A stretch of 64,000 nucleotides of DNA from a virus (taxonomy: Duplodnaviria; Caudoviricetes): positions 15,465 through 79,464 of IMG/VR virus record IMGVR_UViG_3300017963_000032; one strand, 5' to 3'. A program made the position numbers and the translations under genes. Positions 42,385-53,330 of this stretch are shown here, one piece after another (the stretch's first letter is position 1; every line of letters starts with the position of its first letter). A model generated the notes under the pieces. The model ran no database searches and was not told where the DNA came from. It saw nothing but the letters and a program-made list of their open reading frames with translations.

Positions 42385-44023
42385 AGACTGGTTCCAAAGG
42401 CCCGAACTATTCTTTACAGCGGTGACTGGACTTAAATCTTGTAGATACCAGACTGTATTTCTCAGAGACAAATCACAGAAGATAGCAATGCGTGTAGGCA
42501 GGCAAGGAGGCAAAAGCACAGTAGTTGCAGTAAGAACAGTCTTCAAAGCCATGATGAACAATGGACACTTTAGTTTATTAATCAGCCCAACACTAGAGCA
42601 GACAGGAATTCTATTCAGAAAGATATTAAGGATTGTTAACACCAACCCTTGGATTAAACAAAGAATCAAGGTCCAGACTCAGACAAGGATTTATTTCAAG
42701 AATGAGAGCTGGATTTATACAACAAGTAAAGATACAGTGAGAGGTCACACACCTGATGAGCTCATAGTTGACGAGGCAGCATTCGTACCTGATGAAGTTT
42801 ATGAAGCAGCTGAGCCTTCTCTTGCAGCAACATTCGATACAGGAGGAAGCGTTGTTTATATCAGCACTCCTTTTGGTATGAGGGGAAAATTCTATCAGGC
42901 ATTCCAAGACAGTTCATTTAGCACATATCACGTTCCAAGCACAGAGATTGCTCACGTGAGTCAACAGTACTTAAAAGACAAGGAAGCCAAATGTTTAGAG
43001 AATGAATTCAGGCAGGAGTATCTAGCCGAGTTCGTTGAGGACGTTGACACTTACTTCCCAAGGCCACTAGTTATGAGCGTGGCTGGAGATATTGAAGAAG
43101 TTAAAGAACCAAGGGAAGGATTCCTTTATTTCTTAGGAGTGGACATTGCAAGGTATGGAATGGATGAAACAGTATTCATAGTCTTAGAAGTCGACCCAAC
43201 CACTAGCACTGGACAAGTTGTTGAGATAACAAGAACAGCAAAGAAACCAACAACAGATACTATGGGAAGGATTAAAGAGCTCCATAAGAAATGGAAGTTC
43301 AGGACTATTTACCCAGACGAGACAAGTCTTGGTGGAGGAGTTGTTGATGTACTGCTTGAAGCTAAGCTCCCAGTCAAACCTATATCTTTCGGTGCAAGAG
43401 CTGAGAACAGGAAAGAGTCAAACAAGGAGTACATGTATAAAAGTCTGAAATGGCTCATGGAAAACAAGAAAATCAAAATACCTCACTATCATAAATTAAT
43501 CAACCAGCTGGTAGAGTTAAGAGAAGACTACACTGCTTCAGGCAGACTGATGGTCAAGCACCCAGAGAGAGGCCATGACGATTATCCTGATGCTTTAGCT
43601 CTAGCTTGCTTAGCTCTGGCCAAGACAAGAGACATGCCAAAGGCAGCGTTCGGAGCACTAGGAAAACCCGGAATGGTATCCTATAAGAAGGAAGAGTCTG
43701 AAGGTCAGAAGTTCATCAACAAGAGAGGAAAGGTAAAAAACAAAGACATCAAGATTGTCAGGCAGGACAAGGTCGAAGAGAATATTGACTGGGAAAAGAT
43801 AGATGAAGTAATCAAAGAAGAAGCTGCAAGCGGTGTGGTCACTTGCAATATTTATGGTAAGATTGTAACCCCTCTTTATTGCTGGGGATGTTACAAGGAG
43901 CAATGCGATAATTTTAAAAGAGTAAGCCAGATAGCTCTTAGAAAAGGAATAAAGAAAGAGCAGCTCTGGATGAGACAAACAAGATACAAGAGGGGGGAAC
44001 ATGTCACAAAAAAAACAGATTAG
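42341..44023 (+). CDS. terL: terminase large subunit
   Basis: GRQGGKS, LIVDEAAF, STPFG, LGVDIAR and HDDYPDALA. Confidence 0.95.
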   Translation: MQKTKNLEVEPELVEDWFQRPELFFTAVTGLKSCRYQTVFLRDKSQKIAMRVGRQGGKSTVVAVRTVFKAMMNNGHFSLLISPTLEQTGILFRKILRIVNTNPWIKQRIKVQTQTRIYFKNESWIYTTSKDTVRGHTPDELIVDEAAFVPDEVYEAAEPSLAATFDTGGSVVYISTPFGMRGKFYQAFQDSSFSTYHVPSTEIAHVSQQYLKDKEAKCLENEFRQEYLAEFVEDVDTYFPRPLVMSVAGDIEEVKEPREGFLYFLGVDIARYGMDETVFIVLEVDPTTSTGQVVEITRTAKKPTTDTMGRIKELHKKWKFRTIYPDETSLGGGVVDVLLEAKLPVKPISFGARAENRKESNKEYMYKSLKWLMENKKIKIPHYHKLINQLVELREDYTASGRLMVKHPERGHDDYPDALALACLALAKTRDMPKAAFGALGKPGMVSYKKEESEGQKFINKRGKVKNKDIKIVRQDKVEENIDWEKIDEVIKEEAASGVVTCNIYGKIVTPLYCWGCYKEQCDNFKRVSQIALRKGIKKEQLWMRQTRYKRGEHVTKKTD

Positions 44024-44477
44024 GCCGGGAGTTATTGAGGTAGATTCCATAATTGGAAGAGTTAATCAAGAAGAAGAAAAAACACCAGATATTCCGAAGT
44101 TATTCCCAAAGAAGGATGAAACAGAGGAGATAGTTGAGAAAGCATTCAGCAAGCACCCATTATACGAGAAACCACAAAGATTAAAAGTATCTTTAAATAC
44201 TCTAGCCTCTATTCTTAGACTCAAGGGCAAGAATCTCTTGACGCTTACCAAGTTTTACACTGGGAAAATAATCAAGCCCATACGGGACGCATCAGAAATA
44301 CCAGTATTCATCGTCATACACGGACTCTTAGGATGGAGCGTACTGATAGCATTTTTAGGTTTTCAAATTAGCAAGCTGTCAATAGTACATATCATCGCTT
44401 GTGGAAGTGTGTATTACTTTATTTATGACTTATTAACCCTTCTTAAAACGAAGAGGCAGGAGATAATTAAACGATGA
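44001..44477 (+). CDS. membrane protein between terminase and portal
   Basis: Two C-terminal hydrophobic helices. Confidence 0.55.
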   Translation: MSQKKQIRPGVIEVDSIIGRVNQEEEKTPDIPKLFPKKDETEEIVEKAFSKHPLYEKPQRLKVSLNTLASILRLKGKNLLTLTKFYTGKIIKPIRDASEIPVFIVIHGLLGWSVLIAFLGFQISKLSIVHIIACGSVYYFIYDLLTLLKTKRQEIIKR

Positions 44478-46669
44478 AGCTGATAAGAGAAAGATTCAAC
44501 AGGCCCGTAGCACTAAAAGAAAGGAGTTCTATAGTAGGTTCTATCGGTAATTTCGACAGGGACATCTACAGAGAAAGACTCTGGTCGCCTCATGAAGAAA
44601 TGATTGAGTGCGTTAAGATGTACAATGAGAATTCTCTTGCTCAAGCAGCAATAAACACTATGAAAGAGTTCATCACTGGAGGGCAAATAAAAGTTATAGC
44701 TGATGATGAAAGAACTGCAAGAGCAGGCACAGCTTATATCGAAAGCATAGGGATGCTTGACTTTACCAGTGAAATTGTCGAGAACACAATCAAGACAGGA
44801 AATGGTTATCTTGAGTGTGACTTTGACCGAATGACCAAGTTAAGAAAGAGATTCTATCCAATCGCTGATTCTTCAAGGATGTACTTGAACATTGACATTT
44901 ATGGAAATGCAAAGAAAACTCAAAAGCTCGTAATGAGAAAAGGCGAGTACAAATACATAACAGTTGATAATGATGATGAATTCTTCCTACAACAAGTAGA
45001 CCCTTCACAAATGATACCTCAAGCTAAGTGGTATGATATGAGCTATTATTTTGGGAGTATGCTTAGGAGATTTAGAATTTACGCAATCCCAATTCACAGA
45101 GATAAGATGATTCATTTCAAGCTCAACATAGGGGATACTGGAGTGTACGGACGAAGCTATATGGCTAGTGCATTGAACGATAATCTTGCTTTAAGACAAG
45201 TCGAAGAATCACTGGCCACTATAGCCAAGTTCAAAGCTGTTCCTAGAGATGTCCTACAATATGGTGATGAGAACATGCCAGCAGAAAGTGAAGAGCTGGA
45301 TGAGTTCATAGCTTACATGGAAAGTCTTGAAAAGGACGAGACAGCTATTATTAACAAGCCAATCAAGAGAGAAGTTCTTTCTTATGCAGGCCAAGATATA
45401 AACCTTGATTATGTTATTCAGCACTTGAGAAAGAAAATCATTGCAGGTATTGCTCCTGATTTCATGATGGGTCTTGGAGACCAAGTCAACAGGGCAACAG
45501 CCGGGCAAGCTTTACTCGCTTACGTTCTTGCTATTTATTCAAAGAGAAGATTGTTCTTGAAACCATTAGAGAGATACATACTTTATCCATGGCTATTGCA
45601 TCATGGGTTTAAAGTGGACAATGTACATTTAGAGTTCGGACAGTTAGACTTTGAAACAAAATCAGAAAAAGAATCAAGAGTATTGCAATCATGGAATAGC
45701 AATGTCTTAACACTCAACCAAACACTGGAAGAGCTAGGCAAGCCACAGATTGGAAAAGAAGGTGATGTTTACAGCCTAGACTGGCAGAACCAAATGATGC
45801 CAGATTTAATGGGTGGCTTCGGTGATTTTTCGCAGCCAGAGGAAGGAATGTCAGATTTCTCAACCACCCCCCAAAAAACAACTTCCGATGATGAGGAAGT
45901 TTCCGAAGCCAATTCTTATACTGAAAGTTTGACTAAGTTCCCTCATAATCCTACAGGTACTAAAACATTGCAGAAGCAAATGGCAGTCATGATAAGAAGC
46001 GCTTACAGGGAGAGATTGAAAGAAATCCTTTCAACCCTAGAGAAGAACAAGAAGTTATACGAAGAAAAGATAATGACTGAAGCAACCATAGGTGTTGAGG
46101 CCATTGACAATATTCTTTCTAAGATGATTGGACTTAACTTGTTATTGAAGCCAATAATAAACGAGTTCATCAAGAAAGCTTATGACAAAGGAAACAGCGC
46201 AGTTGCAAGAGTCTTGAATGTTGGAACATTCGTTCCTTATGAGAAGAGACAACTTCAAGCATTGCAGAAGAACGCATTCGGTTACATCAAAGATTTCGGA
46301 GAGGAAAAGAAAGAAGAGCTCAGAGGAATCCTAACTGAAGGGGTAAGCCAAGGAGACAGAGTAAGCGAAATATCTAAAGAGATAAAGCAATCCTTCAATA
46401 CCGTAGCTTGGAAGAGCGAGCAAATAGCTAGGACAGAAATGATAAGGACATACAACGAAGCAGCAGTTCAAGCAACAAACCAGTCAGGAGTCACAAAAGA
46501 AGTCAGATACGTTACTGCTCATGATGACAGGGTTTGCCCAGAGTGCAGGCCTAATCATATGAAGATATTCAAAACAAACCAATTAAAAGAAAACGTGAAC
46601 AAACCGCCACTTCATCCTAATTGCAGGTGCGGTCTTGTACCATACGTTGGACCAAAGGAGGAAGAATAA
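44474..46669 (+). CDS. portal protein fused to MuF (SPP1 gp7-like) head morphogenesis domain
   Basis: Portal motifs (IHFKLN...VYGRS, GNGYLE). C-terminal IARTE...HDDRVCPEC...PPLHPNCRC. Confidence 0.9.
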   Translation: MKLIRERFNRPVALKERSSIVGSIGNFDRDIYRERLWSPHEEMIECVKMYNENSLAQAAINTMKEFITGGQIKVIADDERTARAGTAYIESIGMLDFTSEIVENTIKTGNGYLECDFDRMTKLRKRFYPIADSSRMYLNIDIYGNAKKTQKLVMRKGEYKYITVDNDDEFFLQQVDPSQMIPQAKWYDMSYYFGSMLRRFRIYAIPIHRDKMIHFKLNIGDTGVYGRSYMASALNDNLALRQVEESLATIAKFKAVPRDVLQYGDENMPAESEELDEFIAYMESLEKDETAIINKPIKREVLSYAGQDINLDYVIQHLRKKIIAGIAPDFMMGLGDQVNRATAGQALLAYVLAIYSKRRLFLKPLERYILYPWLLHHGFKVDNVHLEFGQLDFETKSEKESRVLQSWNSNVLTLNQTLEELGKPQIGKEGDVYSLDWQNQMMPDLMGGFGDFSQPEEGMSDFSTTPQKTTSDDEEVSEANSYTESLTKFPHNPTGTKTLQKQMAVMIRSAYRERLKEILSTLEKNKKLYEEKIMTEATIGVEAIDNILSKMIGLNLLLKPIINEFIKKAYDKGNSAVARVLNVGTFVPYEKRQLQALQKNAFGYIKDFGEEKKEELRGILTEGVSQGDRVSEISKEIKQSFNTVAWKSEQIARTEMIRTYNEAAVQATNQSGVTKEVRYVTAHDDRVCPECRPNHMKIFKTNQLKENVNKPPLHPNCRCGLVPYVGPKEEE

Positions 46670-46671
46670 AA

Positions 46672-47055
46672 ATGGCATTAAGAACATTAAAATCAGGAGT
46701 AAGAACAGCTACTGGAGCTACAGATAGTTTCACATTCGACAACATCAGAGGCATAGTTCATGCAATAAGATTCATAGTGAGTGCAAGCACTAACTTTGAA
46801 ATCTCAGAAATAGCACCAGACGGAACAACAGAACTACAGCATTTATTTGGAACAGCAGGTGTACCAGTAACCGTGGCTGCATCATGCGTACATGCAGTAA
46901 GAGGAGTCCCTGTTGATAGAACAGATGGAGCAGACATAGCAACACTAAATGGGGTTGTCCTAGTAGCAATAGATGGAAAAGTCAAAGTAGAAGCTTCAGC
47001 TTTAACAGCAGATGATACTTGGGCTGTTGAAATAATAGTTGAGGTACCAGAATAA
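46672..47055 (+). CDS. putative virion structural protein
   Basis: Beta-rich Ala/Thr/Val protein in the head module. Confidence 0.55.
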   Translation: MALRTLKSGVRTATGATDSFTFDNIRGIVHAIRFIVSASTNFEISEIAPDGTTELQHLFGTAGVPVTVAASCVHAVRGVPVDRTDGADIATLNGVVLVAIDGKVKVEASALTADDTWAVEIIVEVPE

Positions 47056-47080
47056 AAATAATAATCAAGGAGGAAAGAAA

Positions 47081-48799
47081 ATGGAAGATGTAGACCCTAT
47101 CGCAGGAGATGAAGTCGTTCTAAAAGAACCTAAAGATTTCAAGAAGATGAGTGATGAAGAATTAAGTGCTTGGATTGATAATAAGAAAGCACAAATCCAA
47201 CAGGCAGAAGAAGAAGGAGACGCAGAGTCTAAGAAGATTTACGAGAGTGGACTCAAGAAAGCTACTGAGATTCAAGATGCTAGAGCTGGAGTAGAACAGC
47301 CAATGGAAGAAGAGATTAATCCAGAAGAGAATCCTATTCAAGCAAACCCGGGCCAACCTAATGCGCCTAGGACAGAACCTTTACCTGAAACGCCAGAAGA
47401 TGTAGAACCTTCTGATGATGACCCAGAAAAGATAATTGATGCTGGGGAAGTAATCATAGAAGCAGAAGAAGCACCAACAGGAGAGGGCGAAGTAACAGAA
47501 GACAGTTACCAGAAAGGAATAGACATAGAGTCCAAAGAACACCCTGACCTTTCACCAAAAGATATAATCAAATTAGTCAAAGACCACATGATTGAAGACC
47601 CTTATTATTATGATAAGGAAGAAGAAGTCAGCACTGAAGCAGGACCTCAGCTTCCACCGGGAGCAAAGAGCGTGAGCGACCCATCACAAGTACCAAAAGG
47701 ATGGAGAGTAATCAAAGGCCCTAAAGGAGGAACTTACGCAGTGCCACCAGCAGGAGGAGCAGGCGGAGACCAGAAACCATCTGAAGAACCTAAAGGGGAA
47801 GTACCAGATAATAAACAAGATGCAAGGTATGATTCCATTGCTCAAGCATTGTACGGAAAGGATGCAAAAGATTTGACAGACCAAGAATTGGACGCAGTGC
47901 AAGAGTATGACCCAACAACAACATCTAATGTTACAATAAATGATGGGGAATCAGTTATTGGTGACAAAGTTTATTCTGGGACGGATGAAGTAGAAATCAA
48001 AGCAATAGATGAGAATAACCAGATGGTTGTTGTTCAAGACTCTTCAGGAGAATATTCCGTAAAAGATGGAAAAGAACTCACAAAAGCTTCTGATGACAGC
48101 GGCAGTTTCGAAGGCGATGAAAAAGGATTCGCAGATGCAGTTTCTAAATTCACTGACGCAGAAGTTACAGATGTAAGAACAATGAATGACTTTGCTGTTG
48201 ATTATGCTGAAGTAGAAACCAATGAAGGAACATATATGGTTTTCAACAGCGATGAAGATGCAGAGCATTTTGCAACTCAGAGAGTTCTTGATGATTTAAA
48301 GAATGAACCTGAGCTATTCAATCAAGACTGGCTTGCAGGACATGTAGATGAAGAAGCTGCAAAAAATGACATCGCACTTGGAATAGAAAATGATTCTGGA
48401 TTCTATGACCAGTTTGTTGAAGAAGAACAACCAAAAACAGACGAAGACTATGACAAATTTGCAGATTGGGCAAAAGAAAAAGCAGACCAAATCGTAGACA
48501 ATGATGAATACTCAGAGTATGGGTTCGACAAATTGTCTTATATAGATGAAGAAGCCGCTGCCAAAGATGCAATAGCAACAGACGGAGTTGCTCACTTCCT
48601 ATCCACTTATGATGGAGAAGAGAACGAGTCTGATGGTAAAATTCTTTACAGGACAGAAAAAACTTGTGAAGATTGTTCAAAGAAAGAAGGAGAAGAAACT
48701 CCGGGAAAACCAGATGGAACAGGACCTAACCCTGAATGTCCAATGAAGAAAGAAGAAAACTTCGTGATGGTTGATGGAGTGATGACGAGGTTAGGATGA
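47081..48799 (+). CDS. large highly acidic protein
   Basis: D/E-rich. Contains EHPDL...KDHMIEDPYYY (DUF5661-like) and GPKGGTY motifs. Confidence 0.6.
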   Translation: MEDVDPIAGDEVVLKEPKDFKKMSDEELSAWIDNKKAQIQQAEEEGDAESKKIYESGLKKATEIQDARAGVEQPMEEEINPEENPIQANPGQPNAPRTEPLPETPEDVEPSDDDPEKIIDAGEVIIEAEEAPTGEGEVTEDSYQKGIDIESKEHPDLSPKDIIKLVKDHMIEDPYYYDKEEEVSTEAGPQLPPGAKSVSDPSQVPKGWRVIKGPKGGTYAVPPAGGAGGDQKPSEEPKGEVPDNKQDARYDSIAQALYGKDAKDLTDQELDAVQEYDPTTTSNVTINDGESVIGDKVYSGTDEVEIKAIDENNQMVVVQDSSGEYSVKDGKELTKASDDSGSFEGDEKGFADAVSKFTDAEVTDVRTMNDFAVDYAEVETNEGTYMVFNSDEDAEHFATQRVLDDLKNEPELFNQDWLAGHVDEEAAKNDIALGIENDSGFYDQFVEEEQPKTDEDYDKFADWAKEKADQIVDNDEYSEYGFDKLSYIDEEAAAKDAIATDGVAHFLSTYDGEENESDGKILYRTEKTCEDCSKKEGEETPGKPDGTGPNPECPMKKEENFVMVDGVMTRLG

Positions 48800-49200
48800 A
48801 TAAAAAGATAGTCTACTACAGCGTTGTATTTATTGCAGTAGCTATAGTGGTACTTCTTTTATTATCTGGTTGCAAGAAACAGGATGAACCTGTATTAGTT
48901 GGCGCAAGTTATTCTGGCTCTTGCAATGAACAAATTCTAGAATTAATAGGAGACATGAATATTGTAATCTACAGGGTAAATTACGCTGTAGATAAGTATA
49001 ACAGTCTGGAAGAATTAGACGCAGATTATGACTTACTGAAAGCATATCGAGAACAAGGATTAACAATAGCTACAGGTTGTAATGACGAGATGGTTGACGA
49101 GTTTGAGGATATTGAGATTCAGATAAATGACGCCAGTGAAGACCCACACAGACTAGAAAGTAATATGAGGCGAATTCACGACGTAGAATTTGAAATATAA
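48796..49200 (+). CDS. putative lipoprotein
   Basis: Signal peptide ending in LLLSGC. Confidence 0.55.
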   Translation: MNKKIVYYSVVFIAVAIVVLLLLSGCKKQDEPVLVGASYSGSCNEQILELIGDMNIVIYRVNYAVDKYNSLEELDADYDLLKAYREQGLTIATGCNDEMVDEFEDIEIQINDASEDPHRLESNMRRIHDVEFEI

Positions 49201-49201
49201 A

Positions 49202-49471
49202 ATGAGCAAAAAAATGAAGGAAGAAATAGCAAGGTGGAAGAAGACTAATGGTAACGCTACGTTTACCATGAAAGATATGCTCATTTGGAACACTCAAAAA
49301 TTAGAGAAGCTCGATGACAAATTGGACAAACATATAGAAGGAATCCAGAAACAGTTCGGCTCACAGATAAAAGATTGCAACAAGACCTTTGTAACTCAGA
49401 GAGTTGCAACAGGAGGATTCACATTGTTATTGATGTTGATTGGAGCTCTTGCGGGGTATGTCTTACTATGA
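49202..49471 (+). CDS. coiled-coil protein with C-terminal TM helix
   Basis: Terminal hydrophobic helix. Confidence 0.55.
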   Translation: MSKKMKEEIARWKKTNGNATFTMKDMLIWNTQKLEKLDDKLDKHIEGIQKQFGSQIKDCNKTFVTQRVATGGFTLLLMLIGALAGYVLL

Positions 49472-49761
49472 AAACCAAAATAATAACATATGAAACATTG
49501 AAGAAGAACTTTAGTCAGATGTTCATGCAGCCTTTAATCACAGAAGTATTCTATCAAGAAGAAGAAGACAAGTTCACATTAGAATTTGAAAAAGGATTAT
49601 ATTATGTTAAATGTGTAGTTCCAAAGAAGGTCTTAATCAATGAGCTCAAACTAAACCTTGGAGGGAAAGAGCTTGACAAAGAAAGTGTTGATTTGGCCAT
49701 CAAAGCATTCAAAGACCAATTCCTAAGAAATGGTATACTTGCAAAGACGGAGGGTGAATAA
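49468..49761 (+). CDS. hypothetical protein
   Basis: Coupled ORF. Confidence 0.5.
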   Translation: MKTKIITYETLKKNFSQMFMQPLITEVFYQEEEDKFTLEFEKGLYYVKCVVPKKVLINELKLNLGGKELDKESVDLAIKAFKDQFLRNGILAKTEGE

Positions 49762-50003
49762 TGACAGTTTTCCAATACGGCTATTCAACAAGCCTTCAAG
49801 AAAGATGGATTCATGATGCTAGTGGAAGATTAATCTATCATGGAGAAGCAGAGCCGGGAGTTGCAGAAAGCTCTGTTGGTTGGAGAATAAGAAAGTTCAG
49901 TTACACGGGTGATAATTATTATGCAGACAAAACCGAATGGGCAAGTGGAACCAACAAGTTCGACAAGGAATGGGACGAGAGAGAGAACTACGACTACTCT
50001 TGA
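49761..50003 (+). CDS. small phage-type protein
   Basis: WRIRKFSY...WASG...FDKEWDER motif; GGAGGGTG RBS. Confidence 0.6.
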   Translation: MTVFQYGYSTSLQERWIHDASGRLIYHGEAEPGVAESSVGWRIRKFSYTGDNYYADKTEWASGTNKFDKEWDERENYDYS

Positions 50004-50179
50004 TGACAAATGTACTGATGCTCGAACAAACTTTCAGGACACGCAGTATGGTGTAAATGTTTGTACTTTTTATCCCTACAGTGTCGCTCTTTGGAAGCAT
50101 GTCCCTTGTTACGTGAGGGAAGGCCAATACTTCCAGAATCCAAGAACCAAAGAGTTATATTCAATATGTGAAAAACCAA

Positions 50180-53100
50180 ATGAACAAGAATAAATTTATC
50201 GGATTGATTGCATTGATGATTTTCCTAGTTCTATCTACTTCAGCCCTTGCAGTTGTTAAGTACAAACCCATAACAAACCAGTACACAGGAAGGCCTGATA
50301 TGACTCTTAACGAGGAAGCGATTAATATTTCTACGATTAACACAACAGAGATGACAATAGATTACTTGACTGTGATAAACATAACAGGCACCTACTTGAG
50401 TTTTACAACTGGAGTAATTACAAACCTGACAGGAACGAATGGAATTTTCGATTACCTTACTGTTCTTTACAATGCAACCATTGGGGAAGACCTTGTTGTT
50501 AATAACTCAGTGAGTGTAGGAGATACTTCTCAACCAAGAGCTTGCAGGTGGAATAATGATGGAACAGACAACTGGCTTAACTGTTCTAATGGAGAACTTA
50601 GAGCTCCAATAAATATAACTGATGTTGATATAATCACAGCCAACGGATTCGAAGGGCCATTGCTGAATGTAAATGATAATGATGCCCAGATTGTTTCAAA
50701 TGGCAATGGTTGGAATATGATTTCAACTGGAAGCGGACCATTTGGTGGTCAAGGAAATATATATGTTAATACGAATGTTCCAATTATTCAATATGGTCCT
50801 GCAAAAAATACAGAGATAAATGCTCCAACTAGCTATTTAGTTGAGATAGGAAAAGACATAGAGATGAATAGCAATGACATAGATAACTTAGACAGGATGA
50901 ATGTAGAGAACAGAATCGTTTTGGAAACTGGAGCCGACCTCTATGTTGCTGATTCCCCAAGTGTAATATTCTTCGGTGATGGAATAGACGTAGACTTAGG
51001 CTGGGACGATACAAACCAATGGCTTGAGATGAATAACTTTGGGACAATGTTCTGGAACATAGATAATGTAAATGGAAACAACTGGTTACTTGGACACATA
51101 AATGCTTCTGAAGGATATTTTAGAGGAGATGTTGAGATGAACGGCAACAACATCACCAACCCTAATGTAATATTATTCAACACAACAGGCTGTGATGACA
51201 CAACAACAGAAGGTGCGGTTTGTTGGAACTCAGACCAGCAAACTCTTAACATAGTAACTGGCCTTGGAAATGTTTATCAAGTAGGACAAGAACTCACAGG
51301 TGTAGGAAAAAACTTAGAAGGCAGCACAATATATAATGGACAAGTTGTTTATCAATCAGGCTCTCAGGGAGAGATGCCAACCATCATGTTAGCAGATGCA
51401 AGCAATGGAAGCAAGATTCACACACCTGCTGTTGTGACAATCGCATCATGCAACAATAATGCTTTATGTCCAGTAACTACTTTTGGTTATGTCAGAAATA
51501 TTAAAACAAACCAGTGGAGTGAAGGAGATGTTCTTTATCTTTCAAGTGATGGAAGCGGTAATCTTACAAATGTCCAGCAAAGCTATCCTAATTATAATAT
51601 AAGAATGGGGAGGGTGATTAGAAGCCACGTTTCATCAGGAGTAATCTTAGTCCTCCCAGAAATAGACATCGGAGATGGAGTCGTATTAAATTTTTTAGAT
51701 GTAGTTACTGACTTGAGAGTCATGAGGAATGCAGAGTTCAAAGGAGGATATTATAATTTCACAGATACAGAAGACCCTTTAGGGTTTGGTGCAAGTGTAA
51801 TCGAAGTATATTCAAACTCAACTCAGACATCAGGGTGTTTCAGAGGATACAATGAAGAAGATGAATATGTTGCAGTGTGTAAGGTTGGTCCTGATTTGCC
51901 TGTTGGAGTAACCGGAACATTTGCAAACAGCTCAATATTTTTTAACAGTGATGGTGATTCAGTCTTTTGGAATAATGATAATGGAAGTTTCATATTCAGT
52001 GCTGACCCAGATGGGAATAAAAACTTTACAGAGAATATAAGATTTGAATTGAAAGCAAGCGGAGATTCATTCTTTTATGGTAGCTTAGATTTTCAAGCTA
52101 ACAATGTAAGCAACATTAACAGACTTACAGCACCTGATGGTTCGGCCATACAGTTCGGAGCACCATCACCATTCAGCTCATTCGACCAAGCGATAGTATT
52201 TGCTACAAACCAGTCACTTCCAGCAGGAGAGATTTCTCATGCACTTATAGACATAAACGGAGAAAAAATATTAAGAACTTGGCAGGTCGGCCTTCCTTTT
52301 GCAGCAGGTTATATGAGGAACTCCCAAATTGTAGGGGAAGATTTCACAGAGACTAATGCTACAAAAGTAAGCAGGTGCGATATTTATTGGGATATGAGGA
52401 ACTCATTATTGAACAAGACAAGCGCATTAGACATAGATTGTTCTTCTAATGCTTATTCTGGAAGTGGAACAGGAGCAGACCTTCTTATCGAAGACGATAT
52501 CAAAGCAGGAGGAACTATATTCGCAGATGGTGGTTTTGAAGGAACAACAATATTTACATTCTTAGGTACTGACGAAAATCTTGATGCTGATTTCATTGAT
52601 ACAGATATTCACTTGAGAACTGGAAGGTTAGACAATATAACTTTCGGAGCAGGCTTCACAAGCAACTTAGAAAAGTTTGATGCGGGACTAGGAACTTATA
52701 CAAGCCTTTTCTGGTCAGTCACAGCAGATGTTATTTATTGTAATTCAGATGGGTTGTGTGCTGCTACTAGCTCAGGAACAGATGAAGATATGTACAGGAC
52801 TTATGATTTCGCTAATAAGACAAACATCACACTTCAATTTTATTACGGTGGGCTCGGTCTTGATGCAGCTAATGATGATTTATATGCAGTCATAAGCAAT
52901 GGCTCAACTTCTCAACAGATTTGGAATATAACTCTTGTTGGAAGCAATAACAATATACCTAGCACTGCGACAGCAGTTCTAAACATATCAGAGAATTTAT
53001 GGAACCAATCAAATGTTAACATCACATTTTATTGCACTACATCAAACCCTTCAGAAGCTTGTTATATAGATGACATTAATGTAACAACATACGATTCAAC

Positions 53101-53329
53101 CACAAACACTCAAGAAGTCGTTGTGTTGGATGCTCAATTTGATTTAGGGGATAGAGAAAATTCAATAGAAGTTAATGGTACAACAAACACAATGAGTTTA
53201 ATATCACCAAAGAATGTTACTATAGGAGAACCGGGAAAGCCGGGAGGATTAAGATTCAGAGACTCTGATGATGCAGGCTGGACTTGCTGCACTTACTTGA
53301 ACGGAGCTCAATCATGCGGAGTATGCTAA
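50180..53329 (+). CDS. large secreted/fibre-like protein
   Basis: Signal peptide MNKNKFIGLIALMIFLVLSTSALA, an internal fibre/cement-like domain (GDVLYLS..GSG.LT) and many sequons. Confidence 0.65.
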   Translation: MNKNKFIGLIALMIFLVLSTSALAVVKYKPITNQYTGRPDMTLNEEAINISTINTTEMTIDYLTVINITGTYLSFTTGVITNLTGTNGIFDYLTVLYNATIGEDLVVNNSVSVGDTSQPRACRWNNDGTDNWLNCSNGELRAPINITDVDIITANGFEGPLLNVNDNDAQIVSNGNGWNMISTGSGPFGGQGNIYVNTNVPIIQYGPAKNTEINAPTSYLVEIGKDIEMNSNDIDNLDRMNVENRIVLETGADLYVADSPSVIFFGDGIDVDLGWDDTNQWLEMNNFGTMFWNIDNVNGNNWLLGHINASEGYFRGDVEMNGNNITNPNVILFNTTGCDDTTTEGAVCWNSDQQTLNIVTGLGNVYQVGQELTGVGKNLEGSTIYNGQVVYQSGSQGEMPTIMLADASNGSKIHTPAVVTIASCNNNALCPVTTFGYVRNIKTNQWSEGDVLYLSSDGSGNLTNVQQSYPNYNIRMGRVIRSHVSSGVILVLPEIDIGDGVVLNFLDVVTDLRVMRNAEFKGGYYNFTDTEDPLGFGASVIEVYSNSTQTSGCFRGYNEEDEYVAVCKVGPDLPVGVTGTFANSSIFFNSDGDSVFWNNDNGSFIFSADPDGNKNFTENIRFELKASGDSFFYGSLDFQANNVSNINRLTAPDGSAIQFGAPSPFSSFDQAIVFATNQSLPAGEISHALIDINGEKILRTWQVGLPFAAGYMRNSQIVGEDFTETNATKVSRCDIYWDMRNSLLNKTSALDIDCSSNAYSGSGTGADLLIEDDIKAGGTIFADGGFEGTTIFTFLGTDENLDADFIDTDIHLRTGRLDNITFGAGFTSNLEKFDAGLGTYTSLFWSVTADVIYCNSDGLCAATSSGTDEDMYRTYDFANKTNITLQFYYGGLGLDAANDDLYAVISNGSTSQQIWNITLVGSNNNIPSTATAVLNISENLWNQSNVNITFYCTTSNPSEACYIDDINVTTYDSTTNTQEVVVLDAQFDLGDRENSIEVNGTTNTMSLISPKNVTIGEPGKPGGLRFRDSDDAGWTCCTYLNGAQSCGVC

Positions 53330-53330
53330 G

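Noticed and set aside
42341-44023. Intein or intron in terminase
   Set aside because: The motif spacing is continuous and there are no splicing-junction motifs.
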